Assembly: GCA_964016885.1 (NCBI GenBank)
Contig: OZ024743.1
Span: forward strand, 356,004,001-356,068,000
Direction of reading: 5' to 3'
Source of the DNA: Eledone cirrhosa
Lineage: Eukaryota
DNA: 64,000 nucleotides
In this document: positions 22,253 through 36,429 of the stretch, in pieces
Layout: each line of letters begins with the position of its first letter
Position numbering within the stretch: position 1 is the first letter of the stretch
Notes under the pieces: model-generated
Database searches by the model: none
Seen by the model: only the letters and a program-made list of their open reading frames with translations
What the model was told of the DNA's origin: nothing
Translations under genes and position numbers: made by a program

Positions 22253-22438
22253 TGTTTCTACTTTTGGCACAAGGCCAGCAATTACCCCAGTGCATTACTG
22301 GTACTTTATTTTATCGACCCCGTAAGGATGAAAGGCAAAGTTAACCTCGGCGGGATTTGAACTCAGAACGTAAAGGGCCATAACTATGCTGCAAAGCATG
22401 ATGTCTGACGCTTTACTGATACTATCAATCCATCACCT
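22253..22438 (-). mobile_element. SINE family 1 (short-3' variant) with TSD
   Basis: Matches 2109-2292. Flanked by TCTAAACATAAT (22241-22252) and TCTAAATATAAT (22439-22450). Confidence 0.88.
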
Positions 22439-22451
22439 TCTAAATATAATG

Positions 22452-22898
22452 TGCAGGGATTGGCAGTGTCGGTAGAGCATCAGACAACATGCTTTGCGGT
22501 ATACAGTTATGATAAAAAGTTCTGAGTTTAAATTCTGCTGAGGTTAGCTTTCCCTTTCATCCTTACGAGGTTGATAAAATCAAGTACCAGTAATACATTG
22601 GGGTTGATCTCATTGACTTCGCCCTACAAATTGTTGGCTTTGTGCCTAAATCAGAAACCATGATTAGTTTATATCAAGGGTGGTGGATTTTCAGTATCGA
22701 TAGAGCGTTGGACAAAATGCTTTGCAGCATATAGCTATGTCCCTTTACATTCTGATTTCAAATTCCACCAAGACTAGTTTCGCCTTTCATCCCTACAGGG
22801 TTGATAAAATAAAGTACCAGTAATGCACTGGGTTGATTTAATTGACTTTCTCTTCCCCCAAAGGTTTTGGCCGCATGCCTTAATCAGAAACCATTAAT
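22452..22898 (+). mobile_element. Two tandem SINE family 1 copies (about 22452-22666 and 22679-22898)
   Basis: Each has the tRNA-like head, CCTTTCATCC...TTGATAAAAT.AAGTACCAGTAAT and a TCAGAAACCA end. Confidence 0.85.
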
Positions 22899-23468
22899 AT
22901 ACAAAGCTAGCCATCCAGGGCAAGAGTTTGGATATGACTATTTGGGAACCAGGAAAGAAACAAAACCAAATAAACAAACAAAAGGAAAAATTATACATTC
23001 AATTTTTAATGAGAAAGAGACGGGGGGGGGGGATACAATGAAAGAACAACTGTTTCCTTCTTCCCCACTATCAACATTCATTTTCTCAGTCACTCTCTCT
23101 CTAGTATTTTGTACATTGATTCAGAGATTTTTGATATTCAGTTGACAGCGTTAAAGCCAACCAAGTGCCTTCCAATAGGCCATCATCTGAGCTACTTAGA
23201 ACATGTGCTGTGAGAGTTTACATAGGGAGTGCTTGTGTTAGTAGTACTTGCCAGCACCAGCACCACCACCACTAATACACTGTAATCTTTGACTAATTGA
23301 TTAGTTAGAGGTGGGGGAGGGGGAGTGGTAGCAGATGATGGAGGATGAAACCAATAGAAGATATTACAAAAACAAAACAAAACATGAATAATAATTTCTT
23401 TTATTGCCACAAATGACCAACAAGAAGTAAATGTAGATATCTATGTGTGGATATCTGTCAGTGGATAT

Positions 23469-23512
<44 letters not shown>

Positions 23513-23605
23513 ATATATATATATATATACATACACATTATCATCACCATACATATAAATATATATATATATATATATGTTTTTATATTTGTATATATCA
23601 TATAC

Positions 23606-23653
<48 letters not shown>

Positions 23654-25204
23654 CACACAAAAAACACACACATATATACACATAGAAACACACACAGATT
23701 TGTAGACATGCAACAAGCATGAACACTTCAATAGATGGGACAGCATCTACCGACATGAGCGTACTGATCATGCATCACCTTCACTGTTTGTATGCATAAA
23801 ATATTAATGATTAGGTGTGTGCATATCCCTATCACCATCACAATTATATATAATGCATGTGTGTATGTGTGTGTGATGATATATATTGGAACACACACTA
23901 TTACACATTCACATAAACATATACAGAGATACACATACATATTTTCTAAAAGCCATGTTTACATAGCATGTACATTTTTCTGTTTTATATTTACATAGGT
24001 TAAATATGTACTTATTAGATAAAATATAGAAAGCATAATTACAGAGCTTCATAAAGGCTTCCCATGGCCATCATCATCATCATCATCACTATCATCCTTG
24101 TCACCGTCGTCACCGCCATCCTCTTCCTCCTCCTTATCCTTATCATCATCATTACATGCTAACATAGGTTGGAGAAGATATTTAGAGGAAGGATTCTATG
24201 ACTATATGTCCTTCATGATTCCAACCCTCACTTATAAGTAAGGCATGTATCTTCACACATTTAACCACTGAGCTGTGTGTGTGTTGGGGGGTGGGGGCAC
24301 ACACAAACATCACCACCTGCGCTAACACTCAAATACGAAATAAAGTCACACACACAAAATGATAAAATAAATATTGGGGCCAATATGATGGACTAAATCC
24401 CTTGAGGATGCCATCCCATCATGAAATGAAATCTACAGCTCAACCTATGCAAGGTTAGTTGGCCTTCAACAAGGCTGAATCTCATTGGAGGTTTCTCATA
24501 TGTTTTAATGATAGAGGCCACAGTCCAATCACAAAAAGCAATTTGAAGAACACAACACAACTGGTCCAGTAACAAAACTGAAGAACTTATGATTGTAAAT
24601 CAAGCACCCTAACCACTAGATCACAGCAAGGACACAGTCTAATGACCCGAAACCAGTAAAACAATAACAGAATATAGTGTTCTACAAATCTCGGATGGCA
24701 AACTTCTTAATACACAGTTCCCTAAGCCTATAAAATAGAATGGTCATAGCTGGAATGGTGATCTAGGTCAGATTTCAACAACAATAGTCAATGTCTAGGA
24801 AATAATTTACCATTTTGCAAGATGACATCACTAAGAAAAGAATAAGAACAACAGCATTCCTCAGCAACAATCTAACAATCTGCAACAGATTCTAATAAGC
24901 AGTGGCTACTAATCAAATGAGGTTACAGTAATCTGTTTGAAGTCATGATACTTCTCTTGGGGAAGATCAAGTTTTGGTTGACACAGACAGAGTAACCATT
25001 TCTTTATTTATTTATTTCTCACTCTCCCTTTCTCTGTTGATAGAACTATGTATTTAGTGCATTACAAAGAATATATAGTACTAATTTATCTGGTAGCCAT
25101 AGCTACAACTTGACAGAAACCAGATATTGAGGGTGAATGCAGTTTGATAAAGTTCATCCTCTTAGTACAACTATAATGGGTGGGTTTTGATTTTAATTAT
25201 ATTT

Positions 25205-25362
25205 GAAGATAGTCTTCTTCAGTTTTTGTCAACAAAATTCCCTCACAAGGCTGGCCTGAGATGAAAATAGAAGACAACATGCCCAAGGTGCTAAGCTGTG
25301 GCATAGAACCTGAAACAAAGTACTTACGAAGCAAATCACTTGACTATACAGCCAAGCCTACA
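25205..25362 (-). mobile_element. Old SINE family 4 fragment
   Basis: CTTCTTCAGTTTTTGTC..CAAAATTCCCTCACAAGGC...TAGAAGACAACATGCCCAAGGTGC is the reverse complement of the family 4 head. Confidence 0.6.
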
Positions 25363-26719
25363 ATATACTAGTGAGAAAATTTCATTTTATAAATTAGCTT
25401 TAACTTCATTAAGTTAAATGATGGTTCAAAGTTTTACAAATAAGTAATTAAATTGAACAGCAATATTGTAAATATATAATTAAAAAAATGTATATACTCA
25501 TGTATAAGTTGAGATTAAATTTATAGGGTAGAAGTTGACAATTTCCAATACAATTCAATATACTGTAGCAGTAAGTAGATAGATACCGAAATGGAATTGA
25601 AATGAATACAAAACAAAACATTGAATTACAATAATAAGGCTGATGTTTCCATGAATCAAAACACACACTTCCTAGTACTAAAACTCATATATAAGGCCAT
25701 ATAGCTCTTATAAATATTTCTGCTTGAGTACACCAAGACATAATAGTGAAGAATAATTAATTTCCTCATCATAACATTTCAGGATAATATCTTGATTCAC
25801 AAATGTTGATTTGTTGCCTGCAATAAACAAGGGTGATACATGGAAATAGACAGTTTTTTTTGTTTTTTTTTTGTGAAAAACAGGGAATCAGCCTTTACCC
25901 AAGTACATATGGTAGTTTATATTATGAAACATAAAAGACATTAAAATAAGGAGCAATATTTCCAATAATCAAATTAAAAAGTCTAAATAAAAAAAGAAAA
26001 CAAAATATTGAGACCCAGAAAACTCAACAGTGCCCCCAAACCTTATTACTGTATAATTTATCAAGTGTTTGGTTTATTTTACTTAGTAAAAATTAGTTTT
26101 CAGTTTGTTTTCTGAATTCACCACTCTATACTAAATGGTATGTTCAAGAGAAGAAGCCACACTTAACTTTACATTAATTATATATTACAATAAACAATTG
26201 TATAATACAACATAACAGGTGACATATAATGCACATTGAACATTAATATATGATTTTGGCAAGAGTCATATATAATCGTGAACTTGTGTACATTTTATAC
26301 CATCAACTTATAGAAACTAAACTGCTATTTTCCACAATACCTGGAATTCTGTGTTACTGTCTTTGGGAGAGGAAAGTTAGAGGACAATATAGAGATTTGA
26401 TGAGGGAGATAAAGTAACAAAAACAATAGACAGTGTGGAGAAGAATGTGAGACAAATGCAAGAAACAAGTATAATAGAAAAAAAAAAGAAGGCGTAGCAG
26501 GGAAAATGGATGTTAAATGATTATATATATAAATATATATTGTTATACTATGTATATACACAAACACTCAATGAGATGTATATACATATAAAAAATAAAT
26601 CAATGAGATCCAGTTAATTCTGTATAATTAAGGTATGAAATGAAAATTTCTGTTCACATTGGACTTTATTTTGTTGTACTACGGGTACTAGGCGTATATA
26701 TATATATATATCATATATA

Positions 26720-26809
<90 letters not shown>

Positions 26810-27799
26810 CCTTTCCCCTGTGTCTCACTATATATATATGTATAGAGACAGAGAGATAGATACATAGATATATGGCTAGATAGAGAGGCAAAGAGATATA
26901 GACAGATACTCATATACAATTTTATACAAACAGACATATATACACTCCAATTAGATGACTAATTTCTTTTGGCCGAAAATATTAAAAATATAAAACAATA
27001 AATAGGTTAGATGAAGAATTAAATATCATCTTTGCACCAGCCAGCAGATTGGTAGGCATGAGAGGGAGGAATAGGAGGGGGAGGAGAAGGAGAGTGAGGA
27101 AGAGGAGCATGGTGGGCGGCGGTGGTGGTGGGGCAATGTGCAGCTCCAGCAAACACAGCCAAAAATAATTAAGACAAATCACAAAGAGCACCATTTTTAT
27201 CATAAAAATAACTGAGCAACAAGAACAACAACAGCAATAACACCACCACCAACAATAACAACCACAACAACAACATCAACAACAACAACAGCAAAGAGAT
27301 AGAGCAAAGGATGGCGGTGGTGGAGGTGGTGGTGTGAGTGAAGATCAAAATACTACAGGCAGTTTGTTAGATACTGTCAATCTATCATTTGATTGAGTAG
27401 AAGAAACAAGGTGATGGAGGTGGAGTGACAATATACTGTGGTGTGGTGTGGTGTGGTGTGTATTAGTAGTGGGTGTGGTGTGGTGTGGTGGTAATGGTGG
27501 CAGCAGTGGTGTAGCAATGACTGATATGTGATGTGATGTGTTGTGATATATGATATGATATGATTTGATGTGATGTGTTGGTGGAATGGATATTTTTTAT
27601 GTAGAGTTGGTATCATGATCATGTGGTGGTTGTGTGCACCATATGATATGCTGTTCATAGTGGAGGTCATATAATAAAGATAATAGTGGTGCCATGTTGT
27701 GGTTGTGATGCAGCATGAAGTGGCAACAGTGCTATGGTATAATGTAATAGTGATGCTGGTGGCAGAGTTTCATATTTTGATGTGGTACTATTGGTATGA

Positions 27800-30700
27800 T
27801 ATAGTGGTTGTGTGATATGACCTACTGATAGTGGTTGTGTGATATGATGTATTGATAGTGGTTGTGTGATATGATGATTGTAGTAAGATGTGATGGTAGT
27901 GGTTAATATGATGTAGTGATAGTGGTTCTGTGATATGGTGATTGTAATATGATGTGATGGTAGTGGTCATGTTATATGATGTAGTGATAGTGGTTGTGTG
28001 ATATGATGTAGTGATAGTGGTTGTGTGATATGATGATTGTAGTAAGATGTGATGGTAGTGGTTAATATGATGTAGTGATAGTGGTTCTGTGATATGGTGA
28101 TTGTAATATGATGTAGTGATAGTGGTTGTGTGATATGATGTAGTGATAGTGGTTGTGTGATATGATGTAGTGATAGTGGTTGTGTGATATGATGTAGTGA
28201 TAGTGGTTGTGTGATATGATGTAGTGATAGTGGTTGTGTGATATGATGTAGTGATAGTGGTTGTGTGATATGATGTAGTGATAGTGGTTGTGTGATATGA
28301 TGTAGTGATAGTGGTTGTGTGATATAGTGATAGTGGTTGTGTGATATGATGTAGTGATAGTGGTTGTGTTATATGATGTAGTGATAGTGGTTGTGTGATA
28401 TGATGTAGTGATAGTGGTTGTGTGATATGATGTAGTGATAGTGGTTGTGTGATATGATGTAGTGATAGTGGTTGTGTGATATGATGTAGTGATAGTGGTT
28501 GTGTGATATGATGTAGTGATAGTGGTTGTGTGATATGATGTAGTGATAGTGGTTGTGTGATATGATGTAGTGATAGTGGTTGTGTGATATGATATAGTGA
28601 TAGTGGTTGTGTGATATAGTGATAGTGGTTGTGTGATATGATGTAGTGATAGTGGTTGTGTGATATGATATAGTGATAGTGGTTGTGTGATATGATGTAG
28701 TGATAGTGGTCATGTTATATGATGTAGTGATAGTGGTTGTGTGATATGATATAGTGACAGTGGTTGTGTGATATGATGTAGTGATAGTGGTTGTGTGATA
28801 TGATGTAGTGATAGTGGTTGTGTGATATGATATAGTGACAGTGGTTGTGTGATATGATGTAGTGATAGTGGTTGTGTGATATGATGTAGTGATAGTGGTT
28901 GTGTGATATGATGTAGTGATAGTGGTTGTGTGATATGATGTAGTGATAGTGGTTGTGTGATATGATGTAGTGATAGTGGTTGTGTGATATGATGTAGTGA
29001 TAGTGGTTGTGTGATATGATGTAGTGATAGTGGTTGTGTGATATGATGTAGTGATAGTGGTTGTGTGATATGATGTAGTGATAGTGGTTGTGTGATATGA
29101 TGTAGTGATAGTGGTTGTGTGATATGATGTAGTGATAGTGGTTGTGTGATATGATGTAGTGATAGTGGTTGTGTGATATGATGTAGTGATAGTGGTTGTG
29201 TGATATGATGTAGTGATAGTGGTTGTGTGATATGATATAGTGACAGTGGTTGTGTGATATGATGTAGTGATAGTGGTTGTGTTATATGATATAGTCACAG
29301 TGGTTGTGTGATATGATGTAGTGATAGTGGTTGTGTGATATGATATAGTGATAGTGGTTGTGTGATATAGTGATAGTGGTTGTGTGATATGATGTAGTGA
29401 TAGTGGTTGTGTGATATGATATAGTGATAGTGGTTGTGTGATATGATGTAGTGATAGTGGTCATGTTATATGATGTAGTGATAGTGGTTGTGTGATATGA
29501 TATAGTGACAGTGGTTGTGTGATATGATGTAGTGATAGTGGTTGTGTGATATGATGTAGTGATAGTGGTTGTGTGATATGATATAGTGACAGTGGTTGTG
29601 TGATATGATTTAGTGATAGTGGTTGTGTGATATGATGTAGTGATAGTGGTTGTGTGATATGATGTAGTGATAGTGGTTGAGTGATATGATATAGTGATAG
29701 TGGTTGTGTGATATGATGTAGTGATAGTGGTTGTGTGATATAGTGATAGTGGTTGTGTGATATGATGTAGTGATAGTTGTCATGTTATATGATGTAGTGA
29801 TAGTGGTTGTGTGATATGGTGTAGTGATAGTGGTTGTGTGATATGATGTAGTGATAGTGGTTGTGTGATATGATGTAGTGATAGTGGTCATGTTATATGA
29901 TGTAGTGATAGTGGTTGTGTGATATGATATAGTGACAGTGGTTGTGTGATATGATGTAGTGATAGTGGTTGTGTGATATGATATAGTGACAGTGGTTGTG
30001 TGATATGATGTAGTGATAGTGGTTGTGTGATATGATGTAGTGATAGTGGTTGTGTGATATGATATAGTGATAGTGGTTGTGTGATATGATGTAGTGATAG
30101 TGGTTGTGTGATATGATGTAGTGATAGTGGTTGTGTGATATAGTGATAGTGGTTGTGTGATATGATGTAGTGATAGTGGTTGTGTGATATGATGTAGTGA
30201 TAGTGGTTGTGTGATATGATGTAGTGATAGTGGTTGTGTGATATGATGTAGTGATAGTGGTTGTGTGATATGATGTAGTGATAGTGGTTGTGTGATATGA
30301 TATAGTGACAGTGGTTGTGTGATATGATGTAGTGATAGTGGTTGTGTTATATGATGTAGTGATAGTGGTTGTGTGATATGATGTAGTGATAGTGGTTGTG
30401 TGATATGATATAGTGATAGTGGTTGTGTGATATGATGTAGTGATAGTGGTTGTGTGATATGATGTAGTGATAGTGGTTGTGTGATATAGTGATAGTGGTT
30501 GTGTGATATGATGTAGTGATAGTTGTCATGTTATATGATGTAGTGATAGTGGTTGTGTGATATGATGTAGTGATAGTGGTTGTGTGATATGATGTAGTGA
30601 TAGTGGTTGTGTGATATGATGTAGTGATAGTGGTTGTGTGATATGATGTAGTGATAGTGGTTGTGTGATATGATGTAGTGATAGTGGTTGTGTGATATGA

Positions 30701-33700
30701 TGTAGTGATAGTGGTTGTGTGATATGATATAGTGATAGTGGTTGTGTGATATAGTGATAGTGGTTGTGTGATATGATGTAGTGATAGTGGTTGTGTGATA
30801 TGATATAGTGATAGTGGTTGTGTGATATAGTGATAGTGGTTGTGTGATATGATGTAGTGATAGTGGTTGTGTTATATGATGTAGTGATAGTGGTTGTGTG
30901 ATATGATGTAGTGATAGTGGTTGTGTGATATGATATAGTGACAGTGGTTGTGTGATATGATGTAGTGATAGTGGTTGTGTGATATGATGTAGTGATAGTA
31001 GTTGTGTGATATGATGTAGTGATAGTTGTCATGTTATATGATGTAGTGATAGTGGTTGTGTAATATGATGTAGTGATAGTGGTCATGCTATATGATGTAG
31101 TGATAGTGGTTGTGTGATATGATGTAGTGATAGTGGTTGTGTGATATGATGTAGTGATAGTGGTTGTGTGATATGATGTAGTGATAGTGGTTGTGTGATA
31201 TGATGTAGTGATAGTGGTTGTGTGATATGATGTAGTGATAGTGGTTGTGTGATATGATGTAGTGATAGTGGTTGTGTGATATGATGTAGTGATAGTGGTT
31301 GTGTGATATGATGTAGTGATAGTGGTTGTGTGATATAGTGATAGTGGTTGTGTGATATGATGTAGTGATAGTGGTTGTGTTATATGATGTAGTGATAGTG
31401 GTTGTGTGATATGATGTAGTGATAGTGGTTGTGTGATATGATGTAGTGATAGTGGTTGTGTGATATGATGTAGTGATAGTGGTTGTGTGATATGATGTAG
31501 TGATAGTGGTTGTGAGATATGATGTAGTGATAGTGGTTGTGTGATATGATGTAGTGATAGTGGTTGTGTGATATGATGTAGTGATAGTGGTTGTGTGATA
31601 TGATATAGTGATAGTGGTTGTGTGATATAGTGATAGTGGTTGTGTGATATGATGTAGTGATAGTGGTTGTGTGATATGATATAGTGATAGTGGTTGTGTG
31701 ATATGATGTAGTGATAGTGGTCATGTTATATGATGTAGTGATAGTGGTTGTGTGATATGATATAGTGACAGTGGTTGTGTGATATGATGTAGTGATAGTG
31801 GTTGTGTGATATGATGTAGTGATAGTGGTTGTGTGATATGATATAGTGACAGTGGTTGTGTGATATGATGTAGTGATAGTGGTTGTGTGATATGATGTAG
31901 TGATAGTGGTTGTGTGATATGATGTAGTGATAGTGGTTGTGTGATATGATATAGTGATAATGGTTGTGTGATATGATGTAGTGATAGTGGTTGTGTGATA
32001 TGATGTAGTGATAGTGGTTGTGTGATATGATGTAGTGATAGTGGTTGTGTGATATGATGTAGTGATAGTGGTTGTGTGATATGATGATTGTAGTAAGATG
32101 TGATGGTAGTGGTTAATATGATGTAGTGATAGTGGTTCTGTGATATGGTGATTGTAATATGATGTAGTGATAGTGGTTGTGTGATATGATGTAGTGATAG
32201 TGGTTGTGTGATATGATGTAGTGATAGTGGTTGTGTGATATGATGTAGTGATAGTGGTTGTGTGATATGATGTAGTGATAGTGGTTGTGTGATATGATGT
32301 AGTGATAGTGGTTGTGTGATATGATGTAGTGATAGTGGTTGTGTGATATGATGTAGTGATAGTGGTTGTGTGATATGATGTAGTGATAGTGGTTGTGTGA
32401 TATAGTGATAGTGGTTGTGTGATATGATGTAGTGATAGTGGTTGTGTTATATGATGTAGTGATAGTGGTTGTGTGATATGATGTAGTGATAGTGGTTGTG
32501 TGATATGATGTAGTGATAGTGGTTGTGTGATATGATGTAGTGATAGTGGTTGTGTGATATGATGTAGTGATAGTGGTTTTGTGATATGATGTAGTGATAG
32601 TGGTTGTGTGATATGATGTAGTGATAGTGGTTGTGTGATATGATGTAGTGATAGTGGTTGTGTGATATGATATAGTGATAGTGGTTGTGTGATATAGTGA
32701 TAGTGGTTGTGTGATATGATGTAGTGATAGTGGTTGTGTGATATGATATAGTGATAGTGGTTGTGTGATATGATGTAGCGATAGTGGTCATGTTATATGA
32801 TGTAGTGATAGTGGTTGTGTGATATGATATAGTGACAGTGGTTGTGTGATATGATGTAGTGATAGTGGTTGTGTGATATGATGTAGTGATAGTGGTTGTG
32901 TGATATGATATAGTGACAGTGGTTGTGTGATATGATGTAGTGATAGTGGTTGTGTGATATGATGTAGTGATAGTGGTTGTGTGATATGATGTAGTGATAG
33001 TGGTTGTGTGATATGATATAGTGATAGTGGTTGTGTGATATGATGTAGTGATAGTGGTTGTGTGATATGATGTAGTGATAGTGGTTGTGTGATATGATGT
33101 AGTGATAGTGGTTGTGTGATATGATGTAGTGATAGTGGTTGTGTGATATGATGTAGTGATAGTGGTTGTGTGATATGATGTAGTGATAGTGGTTGTGTGA
33201 TATGATGTAGTGATAGTGGTTGTGTGATATGATGTAGTGATAGTGGTTGTGTGATATGATGTAGTGATAGTGGTTGTGTGATATGATGTAGTGATAGTGG
33301 TTGTGTGATATGATGTAGTGATAGTGGTTGTGTGATATGATATAGTGACAGTGGTTGTGTGATATGATGTAGTGATAGTGGTTGTGTTATATGATATAGT
33401 CACAGTGGTTGTGTGATATGATGTAGTGATAGTGGTTGTGTGATATGATATAGTGATAGTGGTTGTGTGATATAGTGATAGTGGTTGTGTGATATGATGT
33501 AGTGATAGTGGTTGTGTGATATGATATAGTGATAGTGGTTGTGTGATATGATGTAGTGATAGTGGTCATGTTATATGATGTAGTGATAGTGGTTGTGTGA
33601 TATGATATAGTGACAGTGGTTGTGTGATATGATGTAGTGATAGTGGTTGTGTGATATGATGTAGTGATAGTGGTTGTGTGATATGATATAGTGACAGTGG

Positions 33701-35790
33701 TTGTGTGATATGATGTAGTGATAGTGGTTGTGTGATATGATGTAGTGATAGTGGTTGTGTGATATGATGTAGTGATAGTGGTTGAGTGATATGATATAGT
33801 GATAGTGGTTGTGTGATATGATGTAGTGATAGTGGTTGTGTGATATAGTGATAGTGGTTGTGTGATATGATGTAGTGATAGTTGTCATGTTATATGATGT
33901 AGTGATAGTGGTTGTGTGATATGGTGTAGTGATAGTGGTTGTGTGATATGATGTAGTGATAGTGGTTGTGTGATATGATGTAGTGATAGTGGTCATGTTA
34001 TATGATGTAGTGATAGTGGTTGTGTGATATGATATAGTGACAGTGGTTGTGTGATATGATGTAGTGATAGTGGTTGTGTGATATGATATAGTGACAGTGG
34101 TTGTGTGATATGATGTAGTGATAGTGGTTGTGTGATATGATGTAGTGATAGTGGTTGTGTGATATGATATAGTGATAGTGGTTGTGTGATATGATGTAGT
34201 GATAGTGGTTGTGTGATATGATGTAGTGATAGTGGTTGTGTGATATAGTGATAGTGGTTGTGTGATATGATGTAGTGATAGTGGTTGTGTGATATGATGT
34301 AGTGATAGTGGTTGTGTGATATGATGTAGTGATAGTGGTTGTGTGATATGATGTAGTGATAGTGGTTGTGTGATATGATGTAGTGATAGTGGTTGTGTGA
34401 TATGATATAGTGACAGTGGTTGTGTGATATGATGTAGTGATAGTGGTTGTGTTATATGATGTAGTGATAGTGGTTGTGTGATATGATGTAGTGATAGTGG
34501 TTGTGTGATATGATATAGTGATAGTGGTTGTGTGATATGATGTAGTGATAGTGGTTGTGTGATATGATGTAGTGATAGTGGTTGTGTGATATAGTGATAG
34601 TGGTTGTGTGATATGATGTAGTGATAGTTGTCATGTTATATGATGTAGTGATAGTGGTTGTGTGATATGATGTAGTGATAGTGGTTGTGTGATATGATGT
34701 AGTGATAGTGGTTGTGTGATATGATGTAGTGATAGTGGTTGTGTGATATGATGTAGTGATAGTGGTTGTGTGATATGATGTAGTGATAGTGGTTGTGTGA
34801 TATGATGTAGTGATAGTGGTTGTGTGATATGATATAGTGATAGTGGTTGTGTGATATAGTGATAGTGGTTGTGTGATATGATGTAGTGATAGTGGTTGTG
34901 TGATATGATATAGTGATAGTGGTTGTGTGATATAGTGATAGTGGTTGTGTGATATGATGTAGTGATAGTGGTTGTGTTATATGATGTAGTGATAGTGGTT
35001 GTGTGATATGATGTAGTGATAGTGGTTGTGTGATATGATATAGTGACAGTGGTTGTGTGATATGATGTAGTGATAGTGGTTGTGTGATATGATGTAGTGA
35101 TAGTAGTTGTGTGATATGATGTAGTGATAGTTGTCATGTTATATGATGTAGTGATAGTGGTTGTGTAATATGATGTAGTGATAGTGGTCATGCTATATGA
35201 TGTAGTGATAGTGGTTGTGTGATATGATGTAGTGATAGTGGTCATGTTATATGATGTAGTGATAGTGGTTGTGTGATATGATGTAGTGATAGTGGTTGTG
35301 TGATATGATGTAGTGATAGTGGTTGTGTGATATGATGTAGTGATAGTGGTCATGTTATATGATGTAGTGATAGTGGTTGTGTGATATGATATAGTGACAG
35401 TGGTTGTGTGATATGATGTAGTGATAGTGGTTGTGTGATATGATGTAGTGATAGTGGTTGTGTGATATGATATAGTGACAGTGGTTGTGTGATATGATGT
35501 AGTGATAGTGGTTGTGTTATATGATGTAGTGATAGTGGTTGTGTGATATGATGTAGTGATAGTGGTTGTGTGATATGATATAGTGATAGTGGTTGTGTGA
35601 TATGATGTAGTGATAGTGGTTGTGTGATATGATGTAGTGATAGTGGTTGTGTGATATGATGTAGTGATAGTGGTTGTGTGATATGATATAGTGACAGTGG
35701 TTGTGTGATATGATGTAGTGATAGTGGTTGTGTTATATGATGTAGTGATAGTGGTTGTGTGATATGGTGATTGTAATAAGATGTAGTGGG
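27800..35790 (+). repeat. Satellite 1: 27-bp tandem array
   Basis: Unit TAGTGATAGTGGTTGTGTGATATGATG (9-aa periodicity TTTITTSYH on the minus strand), with occasional 22-bp deletion variants and recurrent point variants. About 8 kb. Confidence 0.97.
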
Positions 35791-35808
35791 TGTGTTATGT
35801 AATATCTA

Positions 35809-35983
35809 TAATTGTTTCTACTTTTGGCGCAAGGCCAGCAATTATCCCAGTGTATTACTGGTACTTTATTTTATCGACCTCGTAAGGATGAAAGGCAAAG
35901 TTAACCTCAGCGGGATTTGAACTCAGACCATAAAGGGCCGTAACTCTTTGCTGCAAAGCATGGCATCCGACCCTCTACCGATA
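35809..35983 (-). mobile_element. SINE family 1 (short-3' variant, 5'-truncated)
   Basis: AATTGTTTCTACTTTTGGCGCAAGGCCAGCAATT...GGGATTTGAACTC...CCCTCTACCGATA; matches 2109-2292. Confidence 0.9.
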
Positions 35984-36100
35984 ATGTGATGTGATGGTAG
36001 TTGTCATGTTATATGATATAGTGATAGTGGTTGTGTGATGTGGTGATTGTAATATGACGTGATGGTAGTGGTTGTGTTATATGATAACTATAATATGAGT

Positions 36101-36420
36101 GAAGACGCGTGGCTTTGTGGTTAGGAAATTCGGCTCATGATCGTAAGGTCGTGAGTTCGATATATGGCGATGCACTGTGTCCTTGAGCAAGACACTTTAT
36201 TTCATGTTGCTTCAGTCCATTCAGCTGGCAAAAATAAGTTGTACCTGCAATTTGAAAGGCCAGCCTTCTCATATTCTGTGCCATGCTAAATCTCCCTGAG
36301 AACTACATTAAGGGTATGCGTTTTTGTGGAATGCTCAGCCACTTACATGTTAATTTCACAAGCAGACTCTTCCGTTGATCGTTTCAACTGGAACACTTGT
36401 AACCAACGGAGTGCCTAGAA
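36101..36420 (+). mobile_element. CORE-type SINE family 2 with a third 3' module
   Basis: GAAGACGCGTGGCTTTGTGGTTAG, GAGTTCGAT and TGTCCTTGAGCAAGACACTTTATTTC; the 3' part differs from the 14986 and 15290 copies. Confidence 0.82.
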
Positions 36421-36429
36421 ATAATATAA

